Assembly (NCBI GenBank): GCA_965649825.1
Contig: OZ287699.1
Span: forward strand, 682,001 to 746,000
Source of the DNA: Penicillus capitatus
Taxonomy: Eukaryota; Plantae; Chlorophyta
DNA: 64,000 nucleotides
Direction of reading: 5' to 3'
Shown here: one piece after another, positions 37,353-51,024 of the stretch
Position numbering within the stretch: the stretch's first letter is position 1
How the letters are laid out: every line of letters starts with the position of its first letter
Position numbers and translations under genes: made by a program
Notes under the pieces: generated by a model
Databases searched by the model: none
What the model was told of the DNA's origin: nothing
The model's input: only the letters and a program-made list of their open reading frames with translations

Positions 37353-38224
37353 CTACGAATTCTGCTCTGTCACGTTGGTATCCGTCGTCGTCGTCAATGT
37401 CGTCATGGTTTCTCGAGTCTCTGTGTGTCCATTGGTGACTGCTGTCTCTTTTTCTTCCGGCTTCGTATCCCCCATATCTTGCGAGAGTTGATCCAGTGCT
37501 ACGTGGAGTTCATCCAATCGACTCAATACTTCTTCTTTTGTTACCTAGGCACACTTTCTTCAGTCATGGCCTTCGATGCAGAGCGAGATTAACAGAACGA
37601 CAAAAATGGCTTTATAACAACAGAATGTTCTACAACACTTCGAAAGACGCGATCATGATCAAAACAGCTACAGCGAAAATGGGCACAATTAACGACGCTC
37701 TGTGTTTGAGGGATTTTCTTGAAGGTACGCGTCAAGGGCCAAGGAATCCCGTTCTGGAGCCATTGGCAGACTTGTGACAGTTCCGTCGATGATAGCGACA
37801 GTAGAGAAATGGGAGTGGCGTTGTCGTACCGGTCGCGGAGTGCGATCCCGCAAAAACTGAGGCACTCTCAAACGTTGCTGCTCATCCAACAACGCCTTCG
37901 AAATCTGCAACAGCATAACACTGACCCTTAGGCACAGATCGTATTACCACGACAAACCTGAGGCGCATACAGAAACCCAAGAACACCACAGATGACGCCT
38001 CCGATGACAAACCCCGCCGAAAAGCTCGTCTTCCGTCCCGTTTCCGCCCTGAATCGCCGACAATGAAGACGCGCGTACGATAGACTGGGACCGATGACCG
38101 AACAGCAACGATGCGACGTTCCGGACGCATGGTATTGAGAGTTGGCTGTCGGCGAAGGCGCATTGTCGTCCGTCTGAATGACGCAGCGTCGGAGAGTGCA
38201 ACCTGTCTTCTGACTGTCCATCAT
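37353..38224 (-). CDS. Plastid-targeted single-TM protein with YtxH-like GxxxG helix
   Basis: Transit-peptide-like N-terminus, FSAGFVIGGVICGVLGFLYAPQ|ISKALL..VPQFLRDRTPRP|VTKEEVLSRLDELHVALDQLS (coiled coil). Resembles a conserved plant chloroplast envelope family (from memory). Last intron is 285 nt. Confidence 0.7.
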
Positions 38225-38386
38225 CTCAACTCAGACGAGGCGTTACGTATCGAGCAACGTCCTTACCGGTCCAGTTCGACATCATCACCATCTTGGTGCA
38301 ATTCGACAAAGGCGCGTCGGCGAAATGAATTCGGCAAGAAGGAATGGAACGCGTTTGTCGCATCGTCGTTATTCACAATTTGCCAC

Positions 38387-39956
38387 ATGAGCAAAATGGA
38401 AGAGCAGACAAAGCGTTCGGTGTTGGCCCGAACGACATCGACGCCACGTCACGCGTCGACGGAGTCTTATCTCTCCGAATTGTTATCGTTTAGCCTTGAC
38501 CGGCTGAAGAAGGAACCGGAGCTGCTGAGGCAAGACGCTCAGCGACTGGAGCGACAAGCCGATGAAACATCTGTCACACAGTACACCGCATTTCTCGCAG
38601 CGAATCGCTGTCTGGCTTCACTTCACGAGAACTGTGCTCAGCTGAAACAGTTTCTGGAAAGTTCGTCTTCTGTCAGCCACGCCGTGATGTGACGTGTGTA
38701 TGGGAGCAGATCTTCGCGATACTTTGCCGTCCTTCGTCGACGCTTGTCAGGAATTTGAGCGCGGATCCACTGTAGCCCAGCGCAGATGGGTTGAGAATCG
38801 AAAACTCTTGTCCAATCGCGAAAAGGTCTCGACGCTGTTGGAGATTCCGAAGCTGATGGAGACATGTGTGCAAAACGGCAACATCGATGAGGCTCTGGAT
38901 TTGCAGACATACGTCCAGCGCCTAAGCGTCATGCGTGGCGATCTATCCGCCGTCCAGTACTTAACAACGGCATCAATGCGTGTGCGAGACACGATCCTGC
39001 AACACTTGAGGGAGCGGCTCACCTCTGGCATTCAGCTACCCGAGTGTCTAAGTGTTGTCGGGCATTTGCGCCGCCTCGGCGTCTATTCCGATCGAGATCT
39101 GCGTTCGTGTTTCTTACTGTGCCGAGAAGAATGGATCGGCACGTTGATTGCGGAGTTGGATGTCTCGCAGCCATTTGAGTATCTCAAGCGTCTAACAGAT
39201 ATTCATCGTCTGCACCTTTTCGATGTCGTCATGCAGTACAAAGCGATTTTCTCGACGGAAACGGCGGACGGAGATGGCGGTATGCTCTCCCAATGGGGCT
39301 TGCATCGTGTGACCATCTATATCGATGTTTTGCGTCGACGATTGCCTCAGATACGTGATGGAGCATCCGTCTTGTCCCTTCTCGAGAGCTCAATGTACTG
39401 TGGCATGTCGCTGGGTCGCGTTGGCCTCGATTTTCGCCATCTGCTGATCGCCATTTTCGAATCATCTTTGCTGCAGCTCTTTAAATCGAAGCTTGATGAT
39501 GCGCTCTCTGTTTTCTCTGCCCAGCTCGAAACGCATCGTTGGACGAAGCCTGTGGTTCAGGATTCGGGCGACATGGAGGCTAATGGAGCTTGTGAGGATG
39601 GCATTCCGCCTGCAGCTTTGGCACGGCACTTGCCCATTGCGCTGTTCGCTAATGGATTTCTCTCCGGACTCAACGAATTGCGTCATTGTGCACCACTGCG
39701 TGGCAGGGAACGCGTCATTCGGTGGACACAGGAATCGTTGGAGCAGCTCGTAGCAAAACTTGTGCGCTGCGACGCCACGCGACCGTTAGATGGAGCACAG
39801 CGCGGCGTGTTTCTTTCCGCCTGTTACGATGTCGTGTCGCTCCTGTGTCCGTTCGTTCAGTCAAGTCTAGCGGTCATGTATTCGGTTGGCATGGCGACAG
39901 CAGAAGTCGAGGCACTGGTTCAGCCCCTCAAAGAACTCGACGGTTACACCAGATGA
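38387..39956 (+). CDS. COG8: Conserved oligomeric Golgi complex subunit 8 (Dor1), 2 exons
   Basis: YLSELLSFSLDRLKKEPELL, LLEIPKLMETCVQNGNIDEAL, IQLPECLSVVGHLRRL, HLFDVVMQYKAIF, YCGMSLGRVGLDFR. Confidence 0.88.
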
Positions 39957-40260
39957 TCGGCGGGACTTCACGAGAACATTCAGTATCCAGATGGCGATGG
40001 ATTACCAAGCATTGCGCGTACTGCTCTGCCAGAACGATATGAGGTGGACAAACCGGATAGCAGATCTTCCTGGTCTTATGAAGTTGAACGGCGGTTGGTG
40101 ACCATTGATTGTTTTCCTTTACCAACGCGTGTTTAAACTCCATTCTACACGTAACAAAAACTACCCCGCTCACAGTGTTCTGCCATTCTCTTTGCATTCA
40201 CTAATCGACAAGTTCATAGCGCTCTCGCGTAAAGTTCGATATTCATTCCACGGTGAAGCC

Positions 40261-42507
40261 ATGTGTTTCGACTTTGAGCTTTCCGATGGATCGGCAACAT
40301 TGAGCCCCACGGCCGCTCCGACGCATGCGGCTTCTACAACCACCTCGGGACGTAAAAAGAAATCTAAAGTAATTGGAAACGTGCCGCCAGTCGACAGTCC
40401 TTTATGCGAACACTTGCGGCGAGTGCCTTTAAAAAATGCGGAATGGAGAATCTTGACAGTGTTGTTGTTTGTCACCATTTTGTGTCTCGCGTTGTTGTTG
40501 TCGTTGAGGAATTCAATTCATGTGTTCCAATTCGCATGCCGCGGATACGACGAAACAATACTACCAATATGCGTCCTAGCTACCCACCAACCTACACAAT
40601 AATCGGCAGTCCTCTGAGCACAACTCACGTCTACTCTTCTCTAGGCTCCAAGAGGAGCGATAACGCCAAAACTTCCAAAATTCGCAAACTACGAGGAGAA
40701 GGCAGACTTCATGATCAACGTTTTCAAGGTAACATCTCTGTGGATGACTGCTGTCTTGTTTGTGCCTCGACCGTTGCTGCATAGGTGAAGTTATGTACTC
40801 GCAGAAGAAGACATACTTGGTCGGGTTGTCCTTATGCACATCTGGGTGAAACGGCAAAAAGGAGGGACCCAAAAACACATCACGCTGTCCCTTGTCCTGA
40901 GATGAAACAAGTTAGTCCATTCTCCAGACACCTACCTGCCTCCTCACCTCGATCCGATGGATGGATGTCATTCGAATGTACAGGGGAATAGGTGTCCACG
41001 TGGAGATCGATGCCCGTATTCGCACCACGACTTCGAATACTGGCTACATCCCGCACGGTAATGTAACAGAGAGACCATTCACATCCGTGTCACTAACCGT
41101 CGTGCAACTGCCCTGTAGTTATTGCACTGTGATGTGCAACAAGGGTCCGAACTGCGATCGATCTTTATGCTTTTTTGCGCACCACGAGAACGAACTGCGA
41201 TCATGTACTGCTGCATCGTGCAATCACACGGACTGTCCCACGACGACAATGGTCACCGAGGAACGCATCTCTGACCAACAAGTCGACATTCATGAATCCT
41301 CCTCTTCTGGAGAAATCAATCTTGAACAAGTGCGTGCTCTACAGCGTGTCTGCCGATATCATGTTGTCTGATGTCGTCGGTGCTGACGGACTTTAGTGCG
41401 TGGATGAAATGAAGTCGAGTGCGTCGTTGACGTCCATCGCCGACAGCTTCCGATCGACTTACGATCGATTCCAAGACAATGCGGTGATGAGAGACAAGAT
41501 CCAAGTGAATTCGGAGGCTGTCAATGACTATCCTCCGTCTTTGTTCCTTAACAATAATATGACAAATATCGACATTCAATCCACCGAATCCTTTTCGGCA
41601 AAACCGCCAGGCACTGTCTCTTTCTCGGTGATGATGCGCAAGTGAGTGGCGGCTGTGGTTTAGGAATGGCAACGGCGAGCTCGATTTCGTCCTTGGCATC
41701 CGATTTCTGCCCCTCGTCCGATATTTGTCATCTTCTCAATCAGCCTCGCGGTGCCACTGTGCATAACAACCAGTTGCCAAGTGAACTCAGAACACAATTT
41801 CTGCGAAAATCTCTGTCTGCGGGTCAGACGCAGCACCTTTCCCCGACATGCCACTTCTCTGGCGTTTCTGGCGAATTTATGACGCCAAATGGAATACAAA
41901 CCTTGCCTTCCTGTCCGCCGAGGTTTGACCTCTTTGACGCCAACTCTGACCAGAACGCAAGCCACAGAGAGGGCACGATGCCGATCTCCGCTTCCACGAT
42001 GATCGCGCAACCGCTCACTTCGCAAAACGACCTACTCCATCACTATGCACAGTTGACTGGGCACGCTCCCTCTACTGGCAAATGCCGCGGGCTAGACCAA
42101 GCCATGGATTCTTTACCGACGCTTCCCCAAGGTAGGACGAATACGCATCACAGAAACATCTCTCTGCTGAACGGGATGTGTGCTTGCATGGATGTGTAGA
42201 TAAGTTGCTTGCCCAGCCCACAGCTCTGCAGAATACAGCGTCTTCATTTCAGATGCTGGCATCCCCGTCGGGTCAAAGTTTGTTACACAACGTCGAGCTT
42301 CTGCAGCTGCTCAAGTTGCAGTTGCTGCATAATTCGCAGGGAGGAATGGTGATGCCTCCATCTCTACCACCACCACCTTCGTTGCTCAACCCGACCTACC
42401 CGCCACAAGGGTTGGGCACGCACGGTCTCATTCGAGATCAATTGTACAGTCTACAGCACGCTGGACAAATGACCAGCTTTATGCAGGGCAATGGATTCTT
42501 TCCCTGA
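40261..42507 (+). CDS. RR-TZF tandem CCCH zinc-finger protein (paralogue 2), multi-exon
   Basis: ADFMINVFK|VKLCTRRRRHTWSGCPYAHLGETAKRRDP..CPEMKQ|GNRCPRGDRCPYSHHDFEYWLHPAR|YCTVMCNKGPNCDRSLCFFAH, with a Q/P-rich tail. The start codon is uncertain. Confidence 0.82.
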
Positions 42508-44191
42508 TCGTTATTACTGCACACTGACTACCGTGGAAAGGGCCAGCACAGAAAGATAAAGCGTAATTTATCCGCTCTAGCAGGATTCTTTCTTCCAGCT
42601 GTCGTAGCCTGATCCCTTTTCAAATGCTCCCACAAAATTAATTGTCGTTGGGGTGGTATCGGCGGCGGTTGGGGTCACGAAGTTCCCACAGTGTTGATGC
42701 TTTTATGATTTCTTTTTTTTCTTTTATGAGCAGGTGTTGTATTTTGTCGACATATATAATCACCTCCATTCAAAGTACAAAGTCTATTTTCTGTTTGCCA
42801 TTCTGATAGAAGAGTTGTGCAGATACCACACTTTCGAGCCTTACTACTCCGTTGAATGAAAACCATGGTTGTTTCTTATTCGACTAGCCATTCATGCGAG
42901 TCGCCCCTAAGTGACTCCGGCATGCAGATCGATGCAGATTATCTGAAATCTTTAAAAATCACAAACAAACAAATGTTAACAATAATCCCGCGCTGTTGGA
43001 CTGCTGCCTGCTCACTGACTTTCTCTGAGTTTATCATCCTGCTCCTAATCGTAGCATTTCTTTGTGGTACTTCTTGCTACGGGCACAAGACAACAGAGGC
43101 AACTAGACGCGTTCTTGCAGCCTAACTGAATGTTTAACCAGTCTCTCGCAATAAGCGAAATGTGCGAATGCGTATGACAAGACGATTATGAACAACCAAA
43201 CAGCATGCATACCTGTTTGTTTATCAAGATGTGTACATCTCTTATTGATTTTGATCACCTACCGATAAGGCTTTGTTTGTTTTCATTGTTTGTTTAGCTG
43301 ATGGGCTGTGTTAGGCGTCTTTATTCTCCGTGTTGTCCGGCTTCCGACCATCAGTCCAGAGAACCATCCATGTCCTTAACGGGTACCCATCGCAGATCCC
43401 TGCTGGACTGCTGATTCCGTATGCTCTTTTTTCTTGCCTTTTTCTGTTTTCTCCCCTCTGGTATACACAGATGTTCTTGTGTCGGCTTGCAGAAAATTCA
43501 ACTCCATAACTTTGTCAGGATGCGTCACATAATAATCTGGAAGACGAGTCCCGCCCTGCGTCTGCGGGTTCTCGTTCAGTCTTAACTTCATGGGTGTATA
43601 GAATAGCCAACACCCGAACAACACACCATGCAATATGCCTGACCTATCTGCGAGCTCTTTGCCTTCGGTCTGGAAAACATTCACAGAGACACTAGCTACT
43701 GCGAAAACACTGACGTGAACGTGTCAAGACTGGCGTATGAGAGATATGATTTCAAAAAAAAAACAAGAGAATATGAAAGAGTCCCGAACTGTAGCTGTGA
43801 AAAATGTCTGTGAAGATCTGTCAATCAGTTGGCGAGTTTGCTTCCCTGTTTGAATGTACAGAACTCTGTTTCCTGCGTTCTTTAGGAACACACGATTCTT
43901 TAAACTTGGGATTCTGAATAGTCTTCGATGACAAGCAACGTTCGACTAGATGCTTAAAACCTTGATGAAAAACAACAACAACGCTACCAACGGCACCGAC
44001 CCGCGACGAGATTCGACATCCGGGCGACACAGACATTTTGAATCATCCTCTGCAAAGATCTAGATGTTGTCAGGCCTGCTCTTTCACAAAGAATACGCAC
44101 AGACACCATTGATGCGACCACAATTATCTACTCTCGTGTCACAGCATTGACGGAGACCTTCTGGGCATACATCGTAGAGGCGTTCAGATAA

Positions 44192-45192
44192 TTAGATGTC
44201 AAAATCCACAGCAGCTGCGAACAGATGTTCATGGCCGTCAGCAACGGCAAACGCATAGGCATTTGCGAGCGTTGAACGGAAGACGTCGCATCCTTCCACC
44301 TTCAAAACCATGGAAAGGACGAAAGTATAGGCTTCAGGGGTCTGGTCGTCGGATACTAGACCCACAGCCAGAGCAGTTGCATAGGAATCGACAACGCATT
44401 CGTTTAGCGGAACGGCATAGGCGTCGGCCAACGCCACGTGACAAAAATCTGTAAACGCGTCAAGGGAACAGGAAGACGACGGTACCCGTCGCGGACGCGT
44501 CCCTTAGACCGTTGTCAACAGAATTGCCAATAGCAACAGCGACAGCGTTACCAAAGCCTTCGTCAATGGCTTGTGCAATAGAAGTAGCAGATGTGTCTCC
44601 TGTACACACAGAAACTCGCTTTGAAAAAGAATTGGATAGACATTGAGGTGTAACGGATTCGCCGGCGACGGCTTTCATCGCAGATTCCGCTCTGCGATTC
44701 GAAGCATCAGACAACGCAGACGCTCTTGCCAAGACACTCTGTCGTCCTTCTGCTCACAACGTGAAATTCGCACGTCTGAGGTGTCGTGTGCTGTGCCTGT
44801 ACATTGGCTTGTGCGATGGCATCTGCCTCGTCGCCACTTTTCCGGACAGCTTCTGCTTCTGCTGTTGCATTGTCATCGTCAATGGTGTCCGCGGTGACCA
44901 TCGACGCCGCCGCCACGGCGTTTGAAACAGCCCGATTCGCAGACCGTGCCGTCAACCACGAAATTTCCGAAGAAGTTCGCTTGACATATGCCGTTCCGTT
45001 CGCTGTAGCTGTTGCCGATGCAAAAGACCGCGCGCTCCTTCCCTTCTACAACTGTCTCGAACCAACTGAGCACATACATGCAGATTCTCAGTCTATAGGA
45101 GACACAGATCATTGACAGTACAGTTCTGCGCACTGATGTGCTGTGCTGAAGAGAGGGCGAACAATAGAAATGAGCACTAAAACAGAAGGCAT
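44192..45192 (-). CDS. Ala/Thr/Ser-rich putative secreted protein (paralogue B), multi-exon
   Basis: Ala-rich helical repeats (AVSNAVAAAS, ATAEAEA, SIAQAIDEG, LANAYAFAVADG) across successive ORFs separated by short introns. Start and exon borders are approximate. Confidence 0.5.
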
Positions 45193-45556
45193 CGATTTGG
45201 GCGATGAACACGAGAGAGGTATTCTCTTCTTAACCTCTACAGAAACTCCAGTCAAACCGAATGCGTTAGGCAGCGGTCGTTCATTCGGTACGCTTGAAGT
45301 TATCGGCAAATTCTGTATGAAATTCACTGCGGCTGTCTTTTCACACGCGTACGCTCAAGAGACAGTTGCTACACAGTAGGATATTCGCGCCACAATCAAA
45401 GGCGGTCATCGTCACAGCTGTCTTCTCACTTCTTTCTCAGCAGGAGTTTGATACCTGATTTTGTCTTTAAATACCTGACTGGCGTGCCGATTTTGTAAAA
45501 AAAGTCCTGTGCACAACGTTCAGTATAAAAAACCTGTTTCTCCAGAAGCGAAAAAA

Positions 45557-47200
45557 ATGAAGCTTGGACATTTTCTTTATGCCGTTTTGTGTTTGACAAC
45601 TGTCGTCGCTGCCAAAGAGTACATTCGCCAGCACACGGGTGCGAAGTTGGAGGGTGGTGCAGAAAACCATAGAACTCTGCAGCAGTCGGGTTCTTCTGCC
45701 CGTGCGACGGCGATTGCCACGGCCGTGGCCTCGGGCGACGGTCAGTCTGCAGCGGAAGCTATCGCCGAAGCATCTGCGGACGGCGACACTGAAGCTATCG
45801 CCGAAGCAACAGCCATCGCAGCTGTATCGTTTATCCATGCATTATCATCTTTGACATAACCTATGTGCGCATGGTAGAACGGAGGTAATGCTGAAGCCTT
45901 TGCCGAAGCCGCTGCGTCGGCGACCAACCAAGGAGGCGACGCCGAAACAATTGCCGAGGGCATCGCCGAGGGCACAGGTACATAAGCGCTCACCGTTTAG
46001 CCAGTCTCTATTTGACGAGGTACTGTAGGAGGAGACGCCGAAGAAGTTAAAGGAGGATTGGAATCAGGAGATGCCACTGCAGTGGCGACGGCCATTTCAG
46101 AAGGAGGAGAAGTTTTCGTGAGTTCCCCCTCTTGACGGGCTTCACATGAGTTCCCGCCGATGTAGGTTTCGGTTGAAGCTATCTCAGAGACATCAAGTGA
46201 ATTGAACACGGTCGTCGCACAGTCCACTGCCGAGGCAATCGACAACGTTCAAGGAGGCAATGACGCCCAAGCAGCCGCAGAGGCACTTGCCACAGCGATT
46301 GGAACAGCCACGGCCACAGCGGTGGCTGAGGTCTCGGCAGTGGTAAGATGGTGTGCTATGACATCTCTATGGCTTCACACATTTCTGCTTCTGTCCAGAT
46401 TGATGTCAATGGCAACGGAGTCGGTACTGCCGATGCTGAAGCGAATGCACGTTCTGTATCGCGGGTTGTCGCTACGGCCATTGCCAGTGCCTTCGCTCAG
46501 GCAGTGGGCGAAGACGCTAAAGCCACAGCGACGGTTCGAGCGGAGATCACAGAGTCAGTTGTTGCCGAAGCAACAGCTTCAGCTCGCCTCGAAGCCGAAT
46601 CGGAAGACGGGTTAGTCGACGCGATTCAAAGAGTAAGCAGTAGCATCCAGACTTCGCTGAAAAGCATTTGGCATGACAGGTGGTTTCCACAGCCGTAGCA
46701 AACGTTGTTGTGAACGCCTTAGCCACGGCATTAGCCGAAGTGGTCGATGGCGAGGCAACAGCCACGGCCACAGCAGAAACTGAGAATCCATCGGCCCCAG
46801 GGACAGTGGAAGTGTCCGGCGAAGCCTCAGGAACCGTGGAAGGTACCAACGCCCTTTCGTTCAATGCATATATCGCTCACTCGAACATCATCATAGGCGT
46901 CAGCTCTGTCGTCACCGAGGGCGACGGCTCAGCTGAAACACGTCCAGACACGTCAGACGAAGAGACTGCTCCTCTTGCCCCGCCGTGCCGCGGCGCCACT
47001 TTGCGTTCTTGCTGTTTGCAACACGATGGCAGCTCCAGTTGCCGTTGTTTCAGGTATTCCGTCGCATTCTTCTGCTTTTCCTTGACTCTGAATCGTCTTG
47101 CAGGAGTGGACGTTGTTTATATTCCTTGGTTAACACCTCCCCTCTCGTCTGGCAAAGAAACTCTTCCTCTGGCAATGGTGCACGTTGCCAATGTCCGTGA
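45557..47200 (+). CDS. Secreted Ala/Glu/Thr-rich repeat protein with C-terminal 8-Cys domain, multi-exon
   Basis: Signal peptide MKLGHFLYAVLCLTTVVAA, RTLQQ motif and AEAIAEA/ATAVATA repeats. C-terminus PPCRGATLRSCCLQHDGSSSCRCFR|SGRCLYSLVNTSPLVWQRNSSSGNGARCQCP*. Confidence 0.75.
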
Positions 47201-47310
47201 GTGCTTTTCAGCGCCGGCAAAGAAATAAAGTCATTTTGTTTTGAACGCTAGATCTATCAATCAAACAATGCAGAATTTATTGTCGAATTGTAACTACGTA
47301 TTCCCCGTGA

Positions 47311-48900
47311 ATGCCGCACAAACGCGACGACGATGGCGACGGAGGCAGTTCCAAACCCGAATCGAAACGCGGACGCTTCGGCGAAAAGAGGCAGAGCCAT
47401 GAGAAGAAGCAGACATTGGAAAAGGCGAGACGCATCTTGGAACTCGCGGACAAACTCAAACAACATCCACTCCTCCGTGCTTTGAAAGAGGGCAAAGCTA
47501 CTGTCCCCGAGACAGACGAGACAGCACATCGGCCTCTTCCACCCAAACGTCCGGCATTACCATCTCAAGAGGCAGAACTCGCAGATGCTCGTGGACTCAA
47601 GTACTTTGACCCCCATGTTGTCTCGAAACATGATCGTCCACGACGGCGGCAGTTCAACTTTGTTCAAGAAGGACAGTTTGAGCAGGAGGCAGAGCTCGAA
47701 CGGCTGCGATTGAAATATGGAGACGATGTTGCAGATCGAGTAGACAGAGGGCAGGTGCGCGGATTGCGAGGTGTCAAGTGGGAAGACATTCAACGCTACC
47801 TCGATGCAGGACAGAAAAAATATGAACTCGAATCCATTAAGGAAGAACTGCAATACGGTCCTCGTCGTGATCAGGAAGATATGGAGACATCGAGTGATGA
47901 CGAGGCGGATACCAATGTAGAAGAAGAGATTCCCGAAATCGAATGGTGGGATCAGAATATCCTGGAAGATGGCAAATGCGATGCCTATTCCGAAGAGCCA
48001 TTTCCCATCAAGCATTCCAGAATCAGTCTATACATCGAACACCCTGTACCGATTGATCCACCCGGAGAGGACGCACCACCTCCACCCCAGCCACTTAAGC
48101 TAACGAAGAAAGAAATGCGAAAGCTCCGAACGCAGAGAAGGCAGCAGAGAGAAAGAGATAAGCAGGAAATGATCAAACAGGGACTCCTGGAGCCACCAAA
48201 GCCCAAAGTGAAGCTCACGAATATGATGCGGGTGTTGGCGGAGGAGGCAGTGACAGACCCGACAGCCGTGGAGCGGCTTATTCGAAAACAGGAAGCCGAG
48301 AGACGCAGGGCACACGAGGATCGAAATTTGGCACGAAAACTGACACCTGGAGAGCGCAAAAGCAAGAACCTTAAGAAGCTGTTCTCTGACGATACAGGGG
48401 ACCATCACGTACCATATCCTCGACTCTCTCAGCAACGGCATTTGTGTGTGATGTGACAGGTCTGTGTGTTCAAAGTGGATGATCTGTCAAGTACGAAGCT
48501 TCAGTACAAAGTCACAGTCAATGCCGAAGAGAATCGCCTCACTGGATGTTGCCTCTTAGCCAAGCCTTTTTCACTCGTCGTTGTCGAAGGCTGCCACAAG
48601 GCAACCATACGTTACAAGAAGCTCATGTTACGCAGAATCAAGTGGAATGACAAGCAGGAGGATGACCTAGGGGAACAGATGGAGACGGATGATGGTGCCA
48701 CTGCTTCACACAAAGGATGCTATCTGGTCTGGGAGGGCTATGTGAAGGAACGGGCATTTGAGGATTTCAAGATGGATGAATGCAGAAGCGAAGGGATGGC
48801 CAAACGGTATCTGACCAGTTTCATGGTCTGTCATTACTGGGACTTGGCCAAGGCGTTTCTTCCCGAACAAACGCCGGCTGAAATGACACCCATAGAATGA
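47311..48900 (+). CDS. PRP3: U4/U6 snRNP protein Prp3, 2 exons
   Basis: IPEIEWWD, YIEHPVPIDPP, LTKKEMRKLRTQRR, GLLEPPKPKVKLTNMMRVL, DPTAVE, KVTVNAEENRLTG, VVEGCHKATIRYKKLMLRRIKW, LVWEG. Confidence 0.95.
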
Positions 48901-48921
48901 CACTGTTTGTACATGTTTTCT

Positions 48922-50013
48922 CTAGTTTGAGCCGCTCGGTTTTTCTGTCACCTTTAGCTCTGCTGTCACGAGGTCCTCGATGACAGGAAAGGAAGCGATT
49001 TTGGTCTTCAGCCGATTTTGAACCCAGATCATCATTTTCAGTAGATGCGGCAACCGTGGCTCCTCTTCTTGACACTGACTGCTGAGAATCGCCGCATTCA
49101 GTTCGCTTGCTGTCTTCTGTCGTTGCGTGACATCCATCAAATCAGCCACAGGACTGGATTTGATATCTTCAAATGCTAAAAGGGCGACCGTGCGTTCCAA
49201 CTCCTCCAAGTACTTTGGGTTCTCTTCTCCATGAGGTGCCAAGTACTCCTGAGCAAACTCTAGTGCTTCTTCCGTCTTGCCACTTCGGATCAGTTCGATC
49301 AATCGCTGCTGCTGCATGTGGAAGAACAGCTCGCTGTGAGCCTCGAGAATCTACACAGTTGCATCTCGTCGTTATTATCTGATATCGCCAATATATATAT
49401 CAGTCAGACTTCTGGATTGAGATCATTGACGCGATCGATGGCAGATTCGACTTGTCCTGTCTGGATGCATCTTCGAATTTCCATTCGATCGGCAATAGAG
49501 TCTAAATCAATACCAGCTGGTGTTCCTGTCTCCTCTTCAAACATCTTGGCTGCTTTGACGTATCCCTGAACACAGACATGGGTGTGTCTTCCTTGCCGTT
49601 TTCTGCTTTGTGGTTGGAGATGCACCTCGGTGACGAAGAAATTCATAACAAGCTTGTTCATGTCTTCTTTTCGCACTTTGACGTCTGCCAACTTTTTCTC
49701 CCAATCAAACAGAGAAATCGATTTGTTTGATGCCTACGCATCACATCCACCCTCAAAGGTGTATAGCTGAGAGAGATGCATCAACTGAAATGAAAGGCAA
49801 CAACGACGACCGCTACTGTTAAGAAGACATGTCACAGTTATCCATCTCTTAATTTTTTGATAAAGGAGAAGAAACAGGAGTCCTGCATGCGTCCCAGAAA
49901 CGCCTTCGGGGATATCTATCACGTTGAGAGACGCAAATAGAAAGGGCAGTCCAGGAAGAAGCAAGACGAGATGCTGCCGTGCATTGGTGGACAGACAACA
50001 AAAACCATACCAT
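48922..50013 (-). CDS. GID8: GID8/Twa1 LisH-CTLH-CRA protein (CTLH E3 ligase subunit)
   Basis: WEKKLADVKVRKEDMNKLVMNFFVTEGY, QQQRLIELIR, LEELERTVALLAF, QRQKTASELNAAIL. The start is inferred as an ATG-only exon (50011-50013) followed by donor GTATGG and a 277-nt intron. Confidence 0.88.
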
Positions 50014-51024
50014 ACTAGCGCTGTGAAGACCAAGCACATAGGAAGCGTCCAGTGCGAAGAAAGCAGAAAAGGCAGATTGAGTACATCCAATGAAGAGGCG
50101 GCCATTCGCGATATCTCTCTGCGAGTTTGTACCTCGTTTCCTTGCATGCTTCTGCAAAAATGTGACTGGCTCGACGCGTGAGATATGTGCCAGGTCCGTC
50201 AGTGAGGTCAATGCGAAGGGTATCAATTGTACGACATGATTATTCATTCACTTAAGGACGAGCACCGCCAGGTCACTTCCTGAAGTACGACAACAGGTAA
50301 GCCACGGATGGCAGATGCCGTCCAAAGAACGCGCGTTTGACAGAAACGCATGTCGATAGAGACACCAATATCGTCTTCCTGCAGCGCCCTGCAATCTGAA
50401 TTCTGTAATCCTACGAACGCAACTCGGCTGTGATGTTGATCGCGTCGTCTGAATGAAGTTATTGCCCTTGACGTACAAATCTCGTCTGTCAGAACAGAAT
50501 GATGGCCATCCTCCTTTCTCTGCGATGGTTTATTGATGGTTCCTTCGATGGACAGCACAGCTGCCACGAACGACACAGAAGATTCTCTCTATCTATCAGC
50601 TCTTGTCAGAGAAGATTCTCTCCACTTGTCAATGTTTTAAAATCGATTTGGAAACAGCATCGCTCGAAATGTGCGCACAAAGACAGGCACAGGTCGAATA
50701 GAGAAGACACTCACAGTTTCAAGGAAGGTGACATCGATTCGTGCGTGCGTCGGTACGAAAGGCAGGCAGGTATCCCTGAAGAGGAATGCATTTTCAAATC
50801 CGTCATTGGCTTCAGAGATGGATAGACAGAATGATGTTCTGAACAGCAAGAATTATCACTGAAGTTCGCACAACACCGTCAATGTTCTGTTCTGTATTCA
50901 GACCATTCGCAGATTGGCAGACGGTTAAGAAGTCGCATTCGTCCGCGTGTCCATCCCAGCTGCAGGACTGAAGAACGCCCGCGGGTTTGCTCAACCCAGT
51001 GTTGCCCCAAGCCATTCATAAAAG

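Noticed and set aside
43376-44036. Minus-strand ORFs of 102 and 71 aa
   Set aside because: No motifs; may be UTR of the flanking genes.
49734-51015. Hydrophobic ORF in frame with GID8 (apparent TM-GID8 fusion) and further minus-strand ORFs up to 51015
   Set aside because: Better explained as GID8's 277-nt first intron and 5' region. The 51015 ATG is only 9 nt from the divergent receptor ATG, which is implausible for an independent gene.
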